A stretch of 64,000 bases of DNA from an uncultured Terricaulis sp. (lineage in GTDB: Bacteria > Pseudomonadota > Alphaproteobacteria > Caulobacterales > Aquidulcibacteraceae), in NCBI GenBank assembly GCA_964402795.1, contig CAYODX010000013.1, positions 2,535-66,534 on the forward strand, in the 5' to 3' direction. Under the pieces are notes generated by a model. The model had not been told where the DNA came from, made no database searches, and saw only the letters and a program-made list of their open reading frames with translations. The position numbers and the translations under genes are program-made. This document shows positions 31,210 to 40,328 of this stretch, piece by piece (position 1 is the stretch's first letter; every line of letters begins with the position of its first letter).

Positions 31210-31542
31210 ATGACACGCAAGCGCACCAACGGCGCCGAACCGGCGTCAGAAGCAATCAACACGATGTTCGCCGCGCTGCAGGCGCCCGGCGCCAACCCGT
31301 TCGCGCTGAGCCAGCGGATCGCGCTGGAATCAGCGCGCTTCTGGGCGCGCCGGATGCACGCCTACGCTGATCAGATGGAGGCGCTCGCGGCCTGCACGAA
31401 TGTCGATGAGATCGCCGGCGCGCAAACGCGCTTCATCGATCAGATGCGGGAAGATTACGCGGCCGAGACCAAGGCATTGAGCGCTCTTTTGGCCACAAAC
31501 GGCTCGGAACAACACCCGGCCGGTACTGCTGGGGCGGACTGA
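31210..31542 (+). CDS. Phasin-like small helical protein
   Basis: FWARRM..DQMEALAAC..EI..AQTRF..MREDYAAE pattern. Confidence 0.55.
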   Translation: MTRKRTNGAEPASEAINTMFAALQAPGANPFALSQRIALESARFWARRMHAYADQMEALAACTNVDEIAGAQTRFIDQMREDYAAETKALSALLATNGSEQHPAGTAGAD

Positions 31543-31571
31543 GTCCGGTCGGGGCGCTCCGTTCCGTCTCC

Positions 31572-32315
31572 TTACACGTCAATGATCGCGAATGGCCGCG
31601 GGCAAGCGGCCGCCAACACCGGACGCGCGCAATTGAAGACGGGCACGCCCTTTGGCGTTTGGCCGCGGAAGACGCCGCGATGGGCGTGCCCGTGGACGAC
31701 AGCGCGCACGTTGTCGAAACGATCGACCGTCTCCGCGAGCCGTGAATTGCCGAGGAACGGATAGATTTCGATCGGCTCGCCCTCCAGCGTGCTGGGAACG
31801 GGCGCATAGTGCAGCACGGCGACCGCGCGCGGCGTGCGCAGCATGCGCAGGCCGGTTTCCAGCTTCATGTTTTCTTCGGCGCATGATTGCACGAAGGCCT
31901 TCACGCAAGGCTCGCCAAATGCCGAGAGCATGCCCCGGCCGAACCCACCCATGGCGCCCATGCAACCGGCGAAGCCGACGCCGCCAATTTCCACCGCTTC
32001 CGCCCCGTCCAATATGCGCAGGCCAGCCTGCGTCAGCCGCTCTTTCACTTTGTCAACGCATCCGGATTCATAATCATGGTTGCCGAGCACCCCGACGACA
32101 GGGATCGACAGCGCCAACAAATCCTCGGCCAATATGTCGGCTTCGCTGGGTTTGCCGTAGTTCGTGAGATCGCCACACAACACGAGCACGTCCGCCGAGT
32201 CGTTGATCGCTGCGAACAGGTCTCGATAGGGGCGGGCTTGCGTTTCCTGCACATGCAGGTCGCCGATCGCCGCGATGCGCAGCGTGCGCTCATCGGATTG
32301 GATCATGACGCTCAT
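31572..32315 (-). CDS. Calcineurin-like metallophosphoesterase
   Basis: GDLH, GDLT, GNHD, HYAP, HGHAH. Confidence 0.9.
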   Translation of the reverse strand: MSVMIQSDERTLRIAAIGDLHVQETQARPYRDLFAAINDSADVLVLCGDLTNYGKPSEADILAEDLLALSIPVVGVLGNHDYESGCVDKVKERLTQAGLRILDGAEAVEIGGVGFAGCMGAMGGFGRGMLSAFGEPCVKAFVQSCAEENMKLETGLRMLRTPRAVAVLHYAPVPSTLEGEPIEIYPFLGNSRLAETVDRFDNVRAVVHGHAHRGVFRGQTPKGVPVFNCARPVLAAACPRPFAIIDV

Positions 32316-33066
32316 CGATTCCTTTGCCGATCATGTCGGCGTAGCCCCATTCGGTGATGTCCGTGACGTAGTCTCGCGCGCTGAACATTCGGCCCCGGCA
32401 TACCTTCACGTTCGAAGGCGGCATATCGAGATGAGAGCGCATGCGCTCCAGCAACTCATCCATCACCCAACGCGGGATGAGGTCGCGGTCGCTCGGATAG
32501 ATGTAGCGGAAGTTGACAAGGTGACTGAGCAGAACTTCCCAATGCACTTCCATGTATCGCATTAGCCGGCGCCAATCGATCGAGTCATGCCGCTTCAAGA
32601 TGACGTGGGCGACATCAGCGCCGTCATACCGATAACGATCTTGCACGAAGATTTTCGACCAGATCAGCTCTGTGGGCTTTATGATGCGGACCTTGGTCCC
32701 ATAAACCTCGATCTCGGGAGCGCTGTCGAACCATTCTTCGGTGATGGCGATCTCCGATGCGCGGCAGCTGAAAATCACGTCGAAGAAGTATCGTCCTGAG
32801 AATATTTTTGCGAGCCATCGCTCGTCTTCGACACCGATGTCGTATCCGCGCTCGCGGAAAAAGGAGAGGATGCGCGGATAGTCTCCGGCCTTGCAGAAGA
32901 TGTCCAAGTCTTTGGTTGGTCGCACGACGCCGGTATAGGAGGTGACCGCATAGGTCCCCGAGAGCAGAAACGGAATATCACTCTCCGCCAGCAATTGCAG
33001 GCCGCGTATATAGAAGCTCTCCGCCTCTGGCGGGGGCTGAAAGGATTGCTCGGCGGCGCTGGTCAT
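32290..33066 (-). CDS. Pol-beta-like nucleotidyltransferase family protein
   Basis: LSGTYAV..YTG..RPTKDLDIF; later FDVIF and SKIFVQDR.RYDGAD. Confidence 0.8.
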   Translation of the reverse strand: MTSAAEQSFQPPPEAESFYIRGLQLLAESDIPFLLSGTYAVTSYTGVVRPTKDLDIFCKAGDYPRILSFFRERGYDIGVEDERWLAKIFSGRYFFDVIFSCRASEIAITEEWFDSAPEIEVYGTKVRIIKPTELIWSKIFVQDRYRYDGADVAHVILKRHDSIDWRRLMRYMEVHWEVLLSHLVNFRYIYPSDRDLIPRWVMDELLERMRSHLDMPPSNVKVCRGRMFSARDYVTDITEWGYADMIGKGIDERHDPIR

Positions 33067-33076
33067 GGCGTCTGCC

Positions 33077-33102
33077 AACCGGCGAGCTGAAGCAAAGGTT
33101 CC
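33077..33102 (-). promoter_or_regulatory. EcfG/sigma-T type promoter
   Basis: GGAAC-N17-GGTT, 10 nt before ATG 33066. Confidence 0.7.
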
Positions 33103-33105
33103 CGC

Positions 33106-35193
33106 TCAACCTTCGCGGGTTTCGCTTTGCCGCCCCGCCAGCAAAGCTTGGCAATTGGCGTCTTCGGCAAGGCCGCTGTCCACGAACGGCAGCACTGCAG
33201 CAATAGGCGCGACGACAGAGGCGAGCAGTGCGGCGAGTCCGGTCTGGCCAGCCGCCTCCTCGACTTCGACTCCTAACCTTGGAGAGCGCCAGTGGCCCTC
33301 CACTGAGATCGGCGCTGCAACGCGGATGAGGCGCGCCTCTTTGGGCTCGCCCTCGATGCGCAAATCAAGTGTCTCGTTGCGCAAGTTCAGCTGTCCTGAG
33401 CCGCGAATGAGCATGGTCTCGGTGTCAAAGACGAAGCTGCGCGCGTTGGCGACGCCATTCTCGACATGAAAACTGGCTACCCCGCAGCGCACGTCGATCT
33501 TGCTGCGGTCGCCAGTGAGCAACAAGCCCAAGCCGCGCGTGACATTGATGCCGGTGAGTTCGGCGAAGGCTTCCCGCACTTCACCTGACGGAGTCACCAG
33601 GGTGATGTCGCCGCTTGCGTTCGCCGCCGCCTCGCGCACGGAGGCGCCGGCGCCGCTCAGCCGCGCGCGGCCCAACAAGGCGCCCGTCATCGGCGGGTCG
33701 CCCCGTAATGCCAGCACCGATTCCAAGCGTGCGTTGGAAAGCCTGACGTCGACATCGACACGGGGCGTATCTTGGCGCGCATTAATGGCGACGGCGCCGC
33801 CGAGCCGCCCCTGGCGGAGATCGAGGGTCAAAGGATCGAGCCGCAACAAGCCGTGGTCAAGATCGATGTCGAGGGCGACGCCGCGAAGCGGTAACCGTTC
33901 ACTACGCACGCGCGCCGCCCGATAGGTCACCTGAGCATCCATGTTGCGCACGCGGCTTATGTCGAGCGGCGCGTCCGGCAAGACCCGCCCTTGTGCGCGC
34001 AGATCGGCCGCGAGCGCCCGCTGCTCTGGAGAAGCGGTTTCATCGCGTGCGACGCCCGGCGGGGCGCCGAGCACTGCAAGCAAGTCATCGAGATCAAGCT
34101 GGTTGCTGACGAAGTCGCCTTCGAACATCAGTCTATCGTCGGTCTGCGTTGACGCAGTGAAACGTCCGCGCACATCACTGTCGCCAATGCGCCCGGCCAG
34201 ATTCTCCATGCCGTAGGCGCTGCCGTTGTGGTTGAGCACGCCACGCAGCGAATAGGGCGGGGTGTTCGGCAACGTGAGCCCGATCAGATAATAAAGATCA
34301 GCGAGATCGCGGCCGGTCGCGCTGACGTGCGCCTGCCAAAGGCTGAAATTGAACGGTCGCTGAATGGCGCCGTCCGCCTCGATGTGAGTTGCTCCAGCGC
34401 GCACCTCAGCGACGAAGGGATAAGGTCTGTCGCGCCGCACGTTCAGTAATGGTGCGCCAGTCAATTCCAACGCAAACCGTTGCCGGTTGATCTCGCCCTC
34501 ACCGGAAAGGGAGAATTGTTCATTGCGGCGTGGCGTTGCGCTCTCTTGAGTGTTGAACGTCGCATCGAGCGTGAGATTGCGTTTTTCATCCGCCAAGCGA
34601 AGGCGACCATTGCGCAAGGAGAAATACTCGATCGGCGGCAGCTTCAGGGGTTTGCTGCGCGCGTTCGGCGCTGAAGACCAGTTCGCATCGCCGCTGGCGT
34701 TGCGGTAAAGAGCGACGTCCGCGCCGTTCAGCTCAAGCCGGACGATTTCGAAGCGACCAACCAGCAGAGGCAGCAGTCGGATGTTGAGGTTTGCGTCGGC
34801 GATCTCGGCGAAGGCGCCGCGCTCACGAAAGCGTTGCGGGTTGCCGATGTGGAGCCGCTGCACATGAATGCGCGGGGTCAAGGACCATGGAAACACTTCG
34901 AGGTCGCCGCGAATGGCGATCTGCCGGCCGCTGGCGTGGCTGGCCCAGCGGGAGATGGGCTCGCGCAATGCATTCCAGTCCGCAAAGGTCAAGAAGAGGA
35001 CAAGCGCCGTCACCAGCACGCCGGCCGCGCCGCCGGCCCACAAGCCTATGCGTTTCCAGGGCCAAGCAACCGCGCGCCCGGCGGCTTTCCGCGCTAAGGC
35101 CCACGCGTGATGCGCGCGCGGCTGCATCCAGCCCCGCGCGGCGCGCCAACGCTGACGCATCGAATCTGTCAGCTTGGATCCGTCGAACGCCAT
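33106..35193 (-). CDS. AsmA family protein
   Basis: N-terminal TM, DWNALR..I..ASGR, LPNTPPY, GRIGDSD, C-terminal RCGV..F..NG..DTE. Confidence 0.88.
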   Translation of the reverse strand: MAFDGSKLTDSMRQRWRAARGWMQPRAHHAWALARKAAGRAVAWPWKRIGLWAGGAAGVLVTALVLFLTFADWNALREPISRWASHASGRQIAIRGDLEVFPWSLTPRIHVQRLHIGNPQRFRERGAFAEIADANLNIRLLPLLVGRFEIVRLELNGADVALYRNASGDANWSSAPNARSKPLKLPPIEYFSLRNGRLRLADEKRNLTLDATFNTQESATPRRNEQFSLSGEGEINRQRFALELTGAPLLNVRRDRPYPFVAEVRAGATHIEADGAIQRPFNFSLWQAHVSATGRDLADLYYLIGLTLPNTPPYSLRGVLNHNGSAYGMENLAGRIGDSDVRGRFTASTQTDDRLMFEGDFVSNQLDLDDLLAVLGAPPGVARDETASPEQRALAADLRAQGRVLPDAPLDISRVRNMDAQVTYRAARVRSERLPLRGVALDIDLDHGLLRLDPLTLDLRQGRLGGAVAINARQDTPRVDVDVRLSNARLESVLALRGDPPMTGALLGRARLSGAGASVREAAANASGDITLVTPSGEVREAFAELTGINVTRGLGLLLTGDRSKIDVRCGVASFHVENGVANARSFVFDTETMLIRGSGQLNLRNETLDLRIEGEPKEARLIRVAAPISVEGHWRSPRLGVEVEEAAGQTGLAALLASVVAPIAAVLPFVDSGLAEDANCQALLAGRQSETREG

Positions 35194-35205
35194 GAGTTCC
35201 GGGGC

Positions 35206-35230
35206 AACGCTGCGCACAGGCCTGCGTTCC
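35206..35230 (-). promoter_or_regulatory. EcfG/sigma-T type promoter
   Basis: Perfect GGAAC-N16-CGTT, 12 nt before ATG 35193. Confidence 0.8.
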
Positions 35231-35277
35231 CGTTTCGTGTCAGGGGAGACGCATAGCGTTAAGACCTGGCCAAGAGT

Positions 35278-36579
35278 ATGGGGGACGCGCGCGCAGCACG
35301 GCGCGTTTCAGGCCGATCGTTAATGGTGCTCCTCGCTTTCCTGCCCGAGATCGCGGTCTTCCTGATGCTCATTATGATGGGCACGCAGCTACCGCAGATC
35401 GGGCCCTTTCTGATTTTGGGCGAGTTCGCCATTGTGGGTGCGCTGTTTGTGTTTCGCACCACGACGTTCATCGACGCGCTGACGCGCTGGTGGTGGATGC
35501 TGCTGTTGCCGCTCATCGCGACGTTATCAGCACTGTGGTCAGACCTGCCGGTGGTGTCGGTCCGGTATGGGGCGCAATTCCTGTTCACCTGCTTTGCCGG
35601 CGTGCTGTTGGCCCGCCTGATGACTCCGCGCCGCTATCTCCTGACGCTCCACGTCGCACTGTTCGTGTTCTGCATTCTTTGCATCATCAATGGCCGCCAA
35701 GGCACGACCTTCGACGGCATGGTGCTGATCGGCCTGACCGGGTCAAAGAACCAAATGGGCCTCGCTTCCCAGCTCTTGATGCTTTCGGCCGTAGCCGTGC
35801 TTTTGATGCAGAAGACGCCGCGGCCGATTCGTCTTATCGCGCTCCTGTCCCTGCCGCTCAGCGCCTATCTTGTTCTAGGCGCCGATTCGGCCACTGCGCT
35901 GTTGATGAGCGTCGGCGGCGTGGCGGCGGTGTGCGGCCTTTGGTTGGCGCAGCGACTGCCACCCGGCGGGCGCCTCGGCGCATTAATCGGCGCAGCGATT
36001 ATCATTGCCCCGCTAAGCGCTTTGATTCCGGAGGCGCTCTCCTTCATCAACCACTTTGTGTTCGATACGCTGAACAAGGATCCGACGCTCACCGGCCGCA
36101 CTTTCCTTTGGCAATCCGCGGATGTGCTGATCCAACGCCGTCCCTTGTTCGGCTACGGCTATCAGGCCTTCTGGATGGGCAATTCTGTGGACGCCATCGC
36201 CATCCGCGAAGCCATGGGCGTCACGGACGGGCGTCAGTTCCACTTCCATCATCAGTTTCGACAGGTGCTGGTCGATACTGGCCTTATCGGCCTGATCGCT
36301 TTTCTTTGGCTGCTTGTCGCGGTGGCGTTCGGGCACATTCGTCAGGTGCTGCTGCGGCCCACGGTCGAGACTTCGTTCTTCTTCATCCTATTCGCGCTGA
36401 TGGTGTCGCGCGCCTTTACCGATCTCATTATCAACCCCTTCAACATGCACACGCTGTTGTTCTTCGCCGCGGGCGTGTACGCGTTCTGGCGGCCCGAAAA
36501 GGCGCCAGTGCAGGCGCAGCAGGCAGGGATGATCTGGCGCCGACTGGCGACCTGGCAGCGACCGCTCGCGCAGCGTTAG
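35278..36579 (+). CDS. O-antigen ligase/Wzy-like polysaccharide polymerase
   Basis: Multiple TM; SKNQMG, KDPTLTGRTFLW, RPLFGYGYQAFW, HFH; start may be 35323. Confidence 0.85.
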   Translation: MGDARAARRVSGRSLMVLLAFLPEIAVFLMLIMMGTQLPQIGPFLILGEFAIVGALFVFRTTTFIDALTRWWWMLLLPLIATLSALWSDLPVVSVRYGAQFLFTCFAGVLLARLMTPRRYLLTLHVALFVFCILCIINGRQGTTFDGMVLIGLTGSKNQMGLASQLLMLSAVAVLLMQKTPRPIRLIALLSLPLSAYLVLGADSATALLMSVGGVAAVCGLWLAQRLPPGGRLGALIGAAIIIAPLSALIPEALSFINHFVFDTLNKDPTLTGRTFLWQSADVLIQRRPLFGYGYQAFWMGNSVDAIAIREAMGVTDGRQFHFHHQFRQVLVDTGLIGLIAFLWLLVAVAFGHIRQVLLRPTVETSFFFILFALMVSRAFTDLIINPFNMHTLLFFAAGVYAFWRPEKAPVQAQQAGMIWRRLATWQRPLAQR

Positions 36580-37490
36580 GCGTCGGCCTCGGCCAACAGC
36601 CCGCGTTCGCTCGCCCGCTTCTTCATCGCTTTCTGCAGCTTTTCAAAAGCGCGCACCTCGATTTGGCGGACACGCTCGCGGCTGACGCCGTATTCCTTGG
36701 ACAAATCCTCGAGCGTCGCCGGCTCGTCCTTCAGCCGGCGCTCCTGAATGATGTGCCGCTCGCGCTCATTGAGCTCACTCATCGCTTCTTCAAGCAAGCT
36801 CATGCGTTCGCTGAACTCTTCACTTTCGGCGAGGCGCGTCTCCTGCGTGCCCTCGGCTTGGTCGTCCGCAAGCCAGTCCATCCACTCGCTTTCGCCCTCG
36901 CCGCCAGAGCCGCCGATCGGCGCATTGAGGCTTGCATCGCCGCCCCCTGACAAGCGCCGGTTCATCGAGATGACCTCGTCCTCTGTAACGGCGAGTTTGT
37001 GCGCGATCGACTTCACGTGCTCGGGGCGCAGATCGCCCTCTTCAAGAGCGGCCATCTCGCCCTTCAAACGGCGCAGATTGAAGAACAGCTTCTTCTGCGC
37101 CGCCGTGGTGCCCATTTTCACAAGGCTCCACGACCGAAGGATGTATTCCTGGATCGAGGCGCGAATCCACCACATGGCATAGGTGGCCAGTCGAAAGCCC
37201 TTATCGGGGTCGAACTTCTTCACCGCCTGCATGAGGCCGACATTGCCCTCGGAGATCACTTCCCCGATCGGCAAGCCATAGCCGCGGTATCCCATCGCGA
37301 TCTTCGCGACGAGACGCAGGTGCGACGTTACCAATTTGTGTGCGCTCTCGGTGTCGCCGTGCTCCTGCCAGCGCTTGGCGAGCATGAACTCGTCTTCTTT
37401 GCTGAGCATCGGGAACTTGCGGATCTCGGTGAGATACCGCTGCAGTCCTTGCTCAGGAGAGAGCGCGATCGTGAGCGCAGTGGAAGCCAT
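36576..37490 (-). CDS. rpoH: RNA polymerase sigma-32
   Basis: LVTSHLRLVAKIA, RLATYAMWWIRA, RpoH box AQKKLFFNLR, VSRERVRQIE. Confidence 0.98.
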   Translation of the reverse strand: MASTALTIALSPEQGLQRYLTEIRKFPMLSKEDEFMLAKRWQEHGDTESAHKLVTSHLRLVAKIAMGYRGYGLPIGEVISEGNVGLMQAVKKFDPDKGFRLATYAMWWIRASIQEYILRSWSLVKMGTTAAQKKLFFNLRRLKGEMAALEEGDLRPEHVKSIAHKLAVTEDEVISMNRRLSGGGDASLNAPIGGSGGEGESEWMDWLADDQAEGTQETRLAESEEFSERMSLLEEAMSELNERERHIIQERRLKDEPATLEDLSKEYGVSRERVRQIEVRAFEKLQKAMKKRASERGLLAEADA

Positions 37491-37728
37491 GCTTATTCAA
37501 ACCCCTCGGTGGCGCGCGGCCAAAGGTCTTCAGTCCTACGTGTGAGGATGGCCCCCGGTTGCCCGCCTTGCTGCTTTATATAGGGAGCCGGTCAAGGCGC
37601 CGCAGAGGCGCTGGCCATGCCGCACGCCGAAACATAACGAGAACATCGGTGATTCGGCAAATGAAATGAAAACCACCCCTAGAATCAAGGGGCGGAACGT
37701 TTTGAGACGGCCACAAGAGATAGGGGGA

Positions 37729-38019
37729 TCAGTCTTCCTGCGGCACTGGCCGGCGCGAGAACGTTTCACTCACCGCCCAAGCGCAGAGGCCGACGACCAG
37801 CGCGGCGAGACCCCAGCGCAGGAACAGGTCCAAATTGCTGAGATAAACTGGCTCGTTCGCTTCCAGAATGCGCAGCCAAACGCCGTGCGTCTGCCCTTTG
37901 CCGGGGTCCGGCGCGCGCGGCAGAAACTGGAACATGCGCGCTTCATTCAGCGCAAAGAGAGCGAGTCCAAACACGCTCGCCAGAACCCGCTCGGCGCCGC
38001 CGATATTCATTGAAGGCAT
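37729..38019 (-). CDS. Hypothetical small membrane protein
   Basis: Two hydrophobic segments around PRAPDPGKGQT; fills gap between rluD and rpoH. Confidence 0.5.
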   Translation of the reverse strand: MPSMNIGGAERVLASVFGLALFALNEARMFQFLPRAPDPGKGQTHGVWLRILEANEPVYLSNLDLFLRWGLAALVVGLCAWAVSETFSRRPVPQED

Positions 38020-38119
38020 GGATGTCGCCCGATCAATCCGCACTCACACCATAGGTGCAGCGATCCGATTGCGGCAGAGGCCAATCGCAGGTTTCTGCAG
38101 CGGAACTCAGCGGTTCCGA

Positions 38120-39151
38120 TTAAAGCGTGCGGAACAAGGCAAGCAACTCCGCCATGTCCGCGGGCAGCGGACTGAGGAAGCGCAGCTGCGCGCCAGTCAT
38201 GGGGTGCGTGAAGCCGAGCACTGCGGCGTGCAATGCTTGGCGCGGGAACGCGCGTGCAGCTTCATCCGCTTCCGCTGCATGCGCCCCTTCGGCTCTGAGG
38301 CCGCGCTGCTTGCCGTAGAGTGGATCGCCGATGAGCGGACAGCCCAGGTGCGCCATGTGCGCGCGGATCTGGTGCGTGCGCCCTGTGTAGAGCCGGCATT
38401 CGATCAACGCTGCCGCGGCTCGGCCAGCGGACGCGCCGGCCTGCTGACCATAGCTTTCGATCGTCCAGTATTGCGTGATCGCGATCTTGCCGGCCTGAGT
38501 GTCGGGATCGCGCGCCACCACGTATTTGCGCCGATCTTCGCATGAGCGTACGAGCCGGTTTTCGATGCGCCCGCTGCGCTCCTTGGGCGCGCCACGCGTG
38601 ACGGCGTAATAGACGCGCTCAAGATCATGTTTAGCGAACAGCGCAGCGAGGCGCCGGTGCGCTGCGTCGTGTTTGGCGACGACGACAAGGCCTGTCGTGT
38701 CTTTGTCGATACGATGAACAATGCCGGGGCGAGCGACGCCGTTGATGCCGGAGAGACTGTCGCCGCAATGAGCGAGCAATGCATTGACGAGTGTGCCGCG
38801 CATAGAGCCCGGCGCAGGATGCATCGCCATGCCCGCCGCCTTGTCGATGACGATCAAGTGTTCGTCCTCATGGACGATGGTAAGCGGCAGGTGCTCAGGC
38901 AGCGGCGCAGCCGGCTCAGGCGGCGGCAGTGTCAATTCATAGCGTGCGCCAGCGCGCGGCTTGTCCTTGGCTGCTGGCACCAGCGCGCCGTCAGCAGTCA
39001 GCTTGCCCGCGCCGATCAAACCCTGCACGCGTGAACGAGAAAGATCCGGCCACAGCTTTGCAAGCCAGGTGTCGACGCGCTCGCCCGCACCCTCCGGCGC
39101 GATTACGCTGCGGACTTCGCCCGTTTCGTCCTCGATGTCTTCTTGCGACAT
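38120..39151 (-). CDS. rluD: RluD-type 23S rRNA pseudouridine synthase
   Basis: S4 domain, GTLVNALL, GIVHRIDKDTTG, TGRTHQIRAH, RQALHA; upstream of rpoH. Confidence 0.93.
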   Translation of the reverse strand: MSQEDIEDETGEVRSVIAPEGAGERVDTWLAKLWPDLSRSRVQGLIGAGKLTADGALVPAAKDKPRAGARYELTLPPPEPAAPLPEHLPLTIVHEDEHLIVIDKAAGMAMHPAPGSMRGTLVNALLAHCGDSLSGINGVARPGIVHRIDKDTTGLVVVAKHDAAHRRLAALFAKHDLERVYYAVTRGAPKERSGRIENRLVRSCEDRRKYVVARDPDTQAGKIAITQYWTIESYGQQAGASAGRAAAALIECRLYTGRTHQIRAHMAHLGCPLIGDPLYGKQRGLRAEGAHAAEADEAARAFPRQALHAAVLGFTHPMTGAQLRFLSPLPADMAELLALFRTL

Positions 39152-39213
39152 GGCTTCTCAATACCGGCTTGCGCCGCAGAGGCCAGCGGACATAGTGCGC
39201 AGGGAGGCTCGAA

Positions 39214-40251
39214 ATGCGGCGCATTCTTGTGGCGACGCTGATCGGATTGGGAATAGCCGCCGCGTACGTGGCGGGCTTTGTCAGCGTCAATGCCGAGGCT
39301 GTCGCGCAGGCACGCGATGTCCAGCTCCAGCACGCGCGAGAGCCGCTGCCGTCGGCGAGCGAGCGCCTTGACCTGCTGGTCTGGAATCTTGGTTACGGCG
39401 GGCTCGGCGCCGGCAGCGATTTCGTCTCGGACGGCGGCGTCCACTGGTTTCCGCCTTCGCGCGCAGCTGTCCTGGAGAACGTCGCGGGAATTGAGCGCCT
39501 GCTGGCGCAGGAGAGTGAGAGCGCCGACGCGATCGTCTTGGAAGAGATCGCTCATGGCGGGCCAGTGAATTACTGGGTCGATCTCAAGGCTCGCATCGAC
39601 CGCCGCTTCTCCGATCGCGACAGCATCTTCTTTGCGGATTTCCAGACACGCTTGTTGCCTTGGCCGCTGCGCATGACCCACGGCCAAGCCATTTATGCAG
39701 GTCGCACGATCACCGAGCGTGACGTGGTTGCGCTTCCGGCGGAAGACTCGGCGATCTTTGGCGTCAAGCGGCGCTATGCGTCAGTCGTCGCGCGCCTGCC
39801 GATTGCCGGGCAGCAGCATGGCTGGACCATTGCCAGCGTTCATCTTGCCGCCTTCGACGCTGACGCTGCCGTGCGCACGCGCCAGTTGCGCGAACTGCTG
39901 GCTTGGGCGCAGCGCGAGTACGCGCGCGGCCAGCACGTGGTGCTTGCCGGCGACTGGAATTTCCAGCTTGCCGAAACGACTTTCCCGAACACGACCGATG
40001 AACGCTTCCTGTTCTGGCTGTTCCCTTTCCCGCAAGACGCCTTGATGGAGGGGTGGAGCATCGGCGCGGACACAAGCGTGCCTAGCGTGCGCACCAACTA
40101 CCAGCCCTATGTGCCTGGGGAGAATTACGTCACGACAATCGATGGCGTCATCGTCTCGCCCAACGTAACGATTGAAGACGTGCGCAATATCGATCTCGCA
40201 TTCCGCTACAGTGATCACCAGCCCGTGCGGGCGCGTGTGAGGACGCGCTGA
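39214..40251 (+). CDS. Endonuclease/exonuclease/phosphatase family protein, exported
   Basis: WNLGYGGLG, VHLAAFD, AGDWN, YSDHQPV. Confidence 0.88.
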   Translation: MRRILVATLIGLGIAAAYVAGFVSVNAEAVAQARDVQLQHAREPLPSASERLDLLVWNLGYGGLGAGSDFVSDGGVHWFPPSRAAVLENVAGIERLLAQESESADAIVLEEIAHGGPVNYWVDLKARIDRRFSDRDSIFFADFQTRLLPWPLRMTHGQAIYAGRTITERDVVALPAEDSAIFGVKRRYASVVARLPIAGQQHGWTIASVHLAAFDADAAVRTRQLRELLAWAQREYARGQHVVLAGDWNFQLAETTFPNTTDERFLFWLFPFPQDALMEGWSIGADTSVPSVRTNYQPYVPGENYVTTIDGVIVSPNVTIEDVRNIDLAFRYSDHQPVRARVRTR

Positions 40252-40328
40252 ATTCTTGCTGTTCGCAGCCAAGCCTCTTGCGCAGCATGCCGCGTGGGCC
40301 TTAGCTGCGCGCGAACAAGGGGGAGTGC

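Noticed and set aside
37575-37600. sigma32 promoter of rpoH (CCCTATAT -10)
   Set aside because: -10 fits, but the nearest CTTGA is too close; no properly spaced -35 could be assigned
37630-37644. LexA-box-like AAAC-N7-GAAC upstream of rpoH
   Set aside because: One half-site mismatch and no other support; a chance match is plausible
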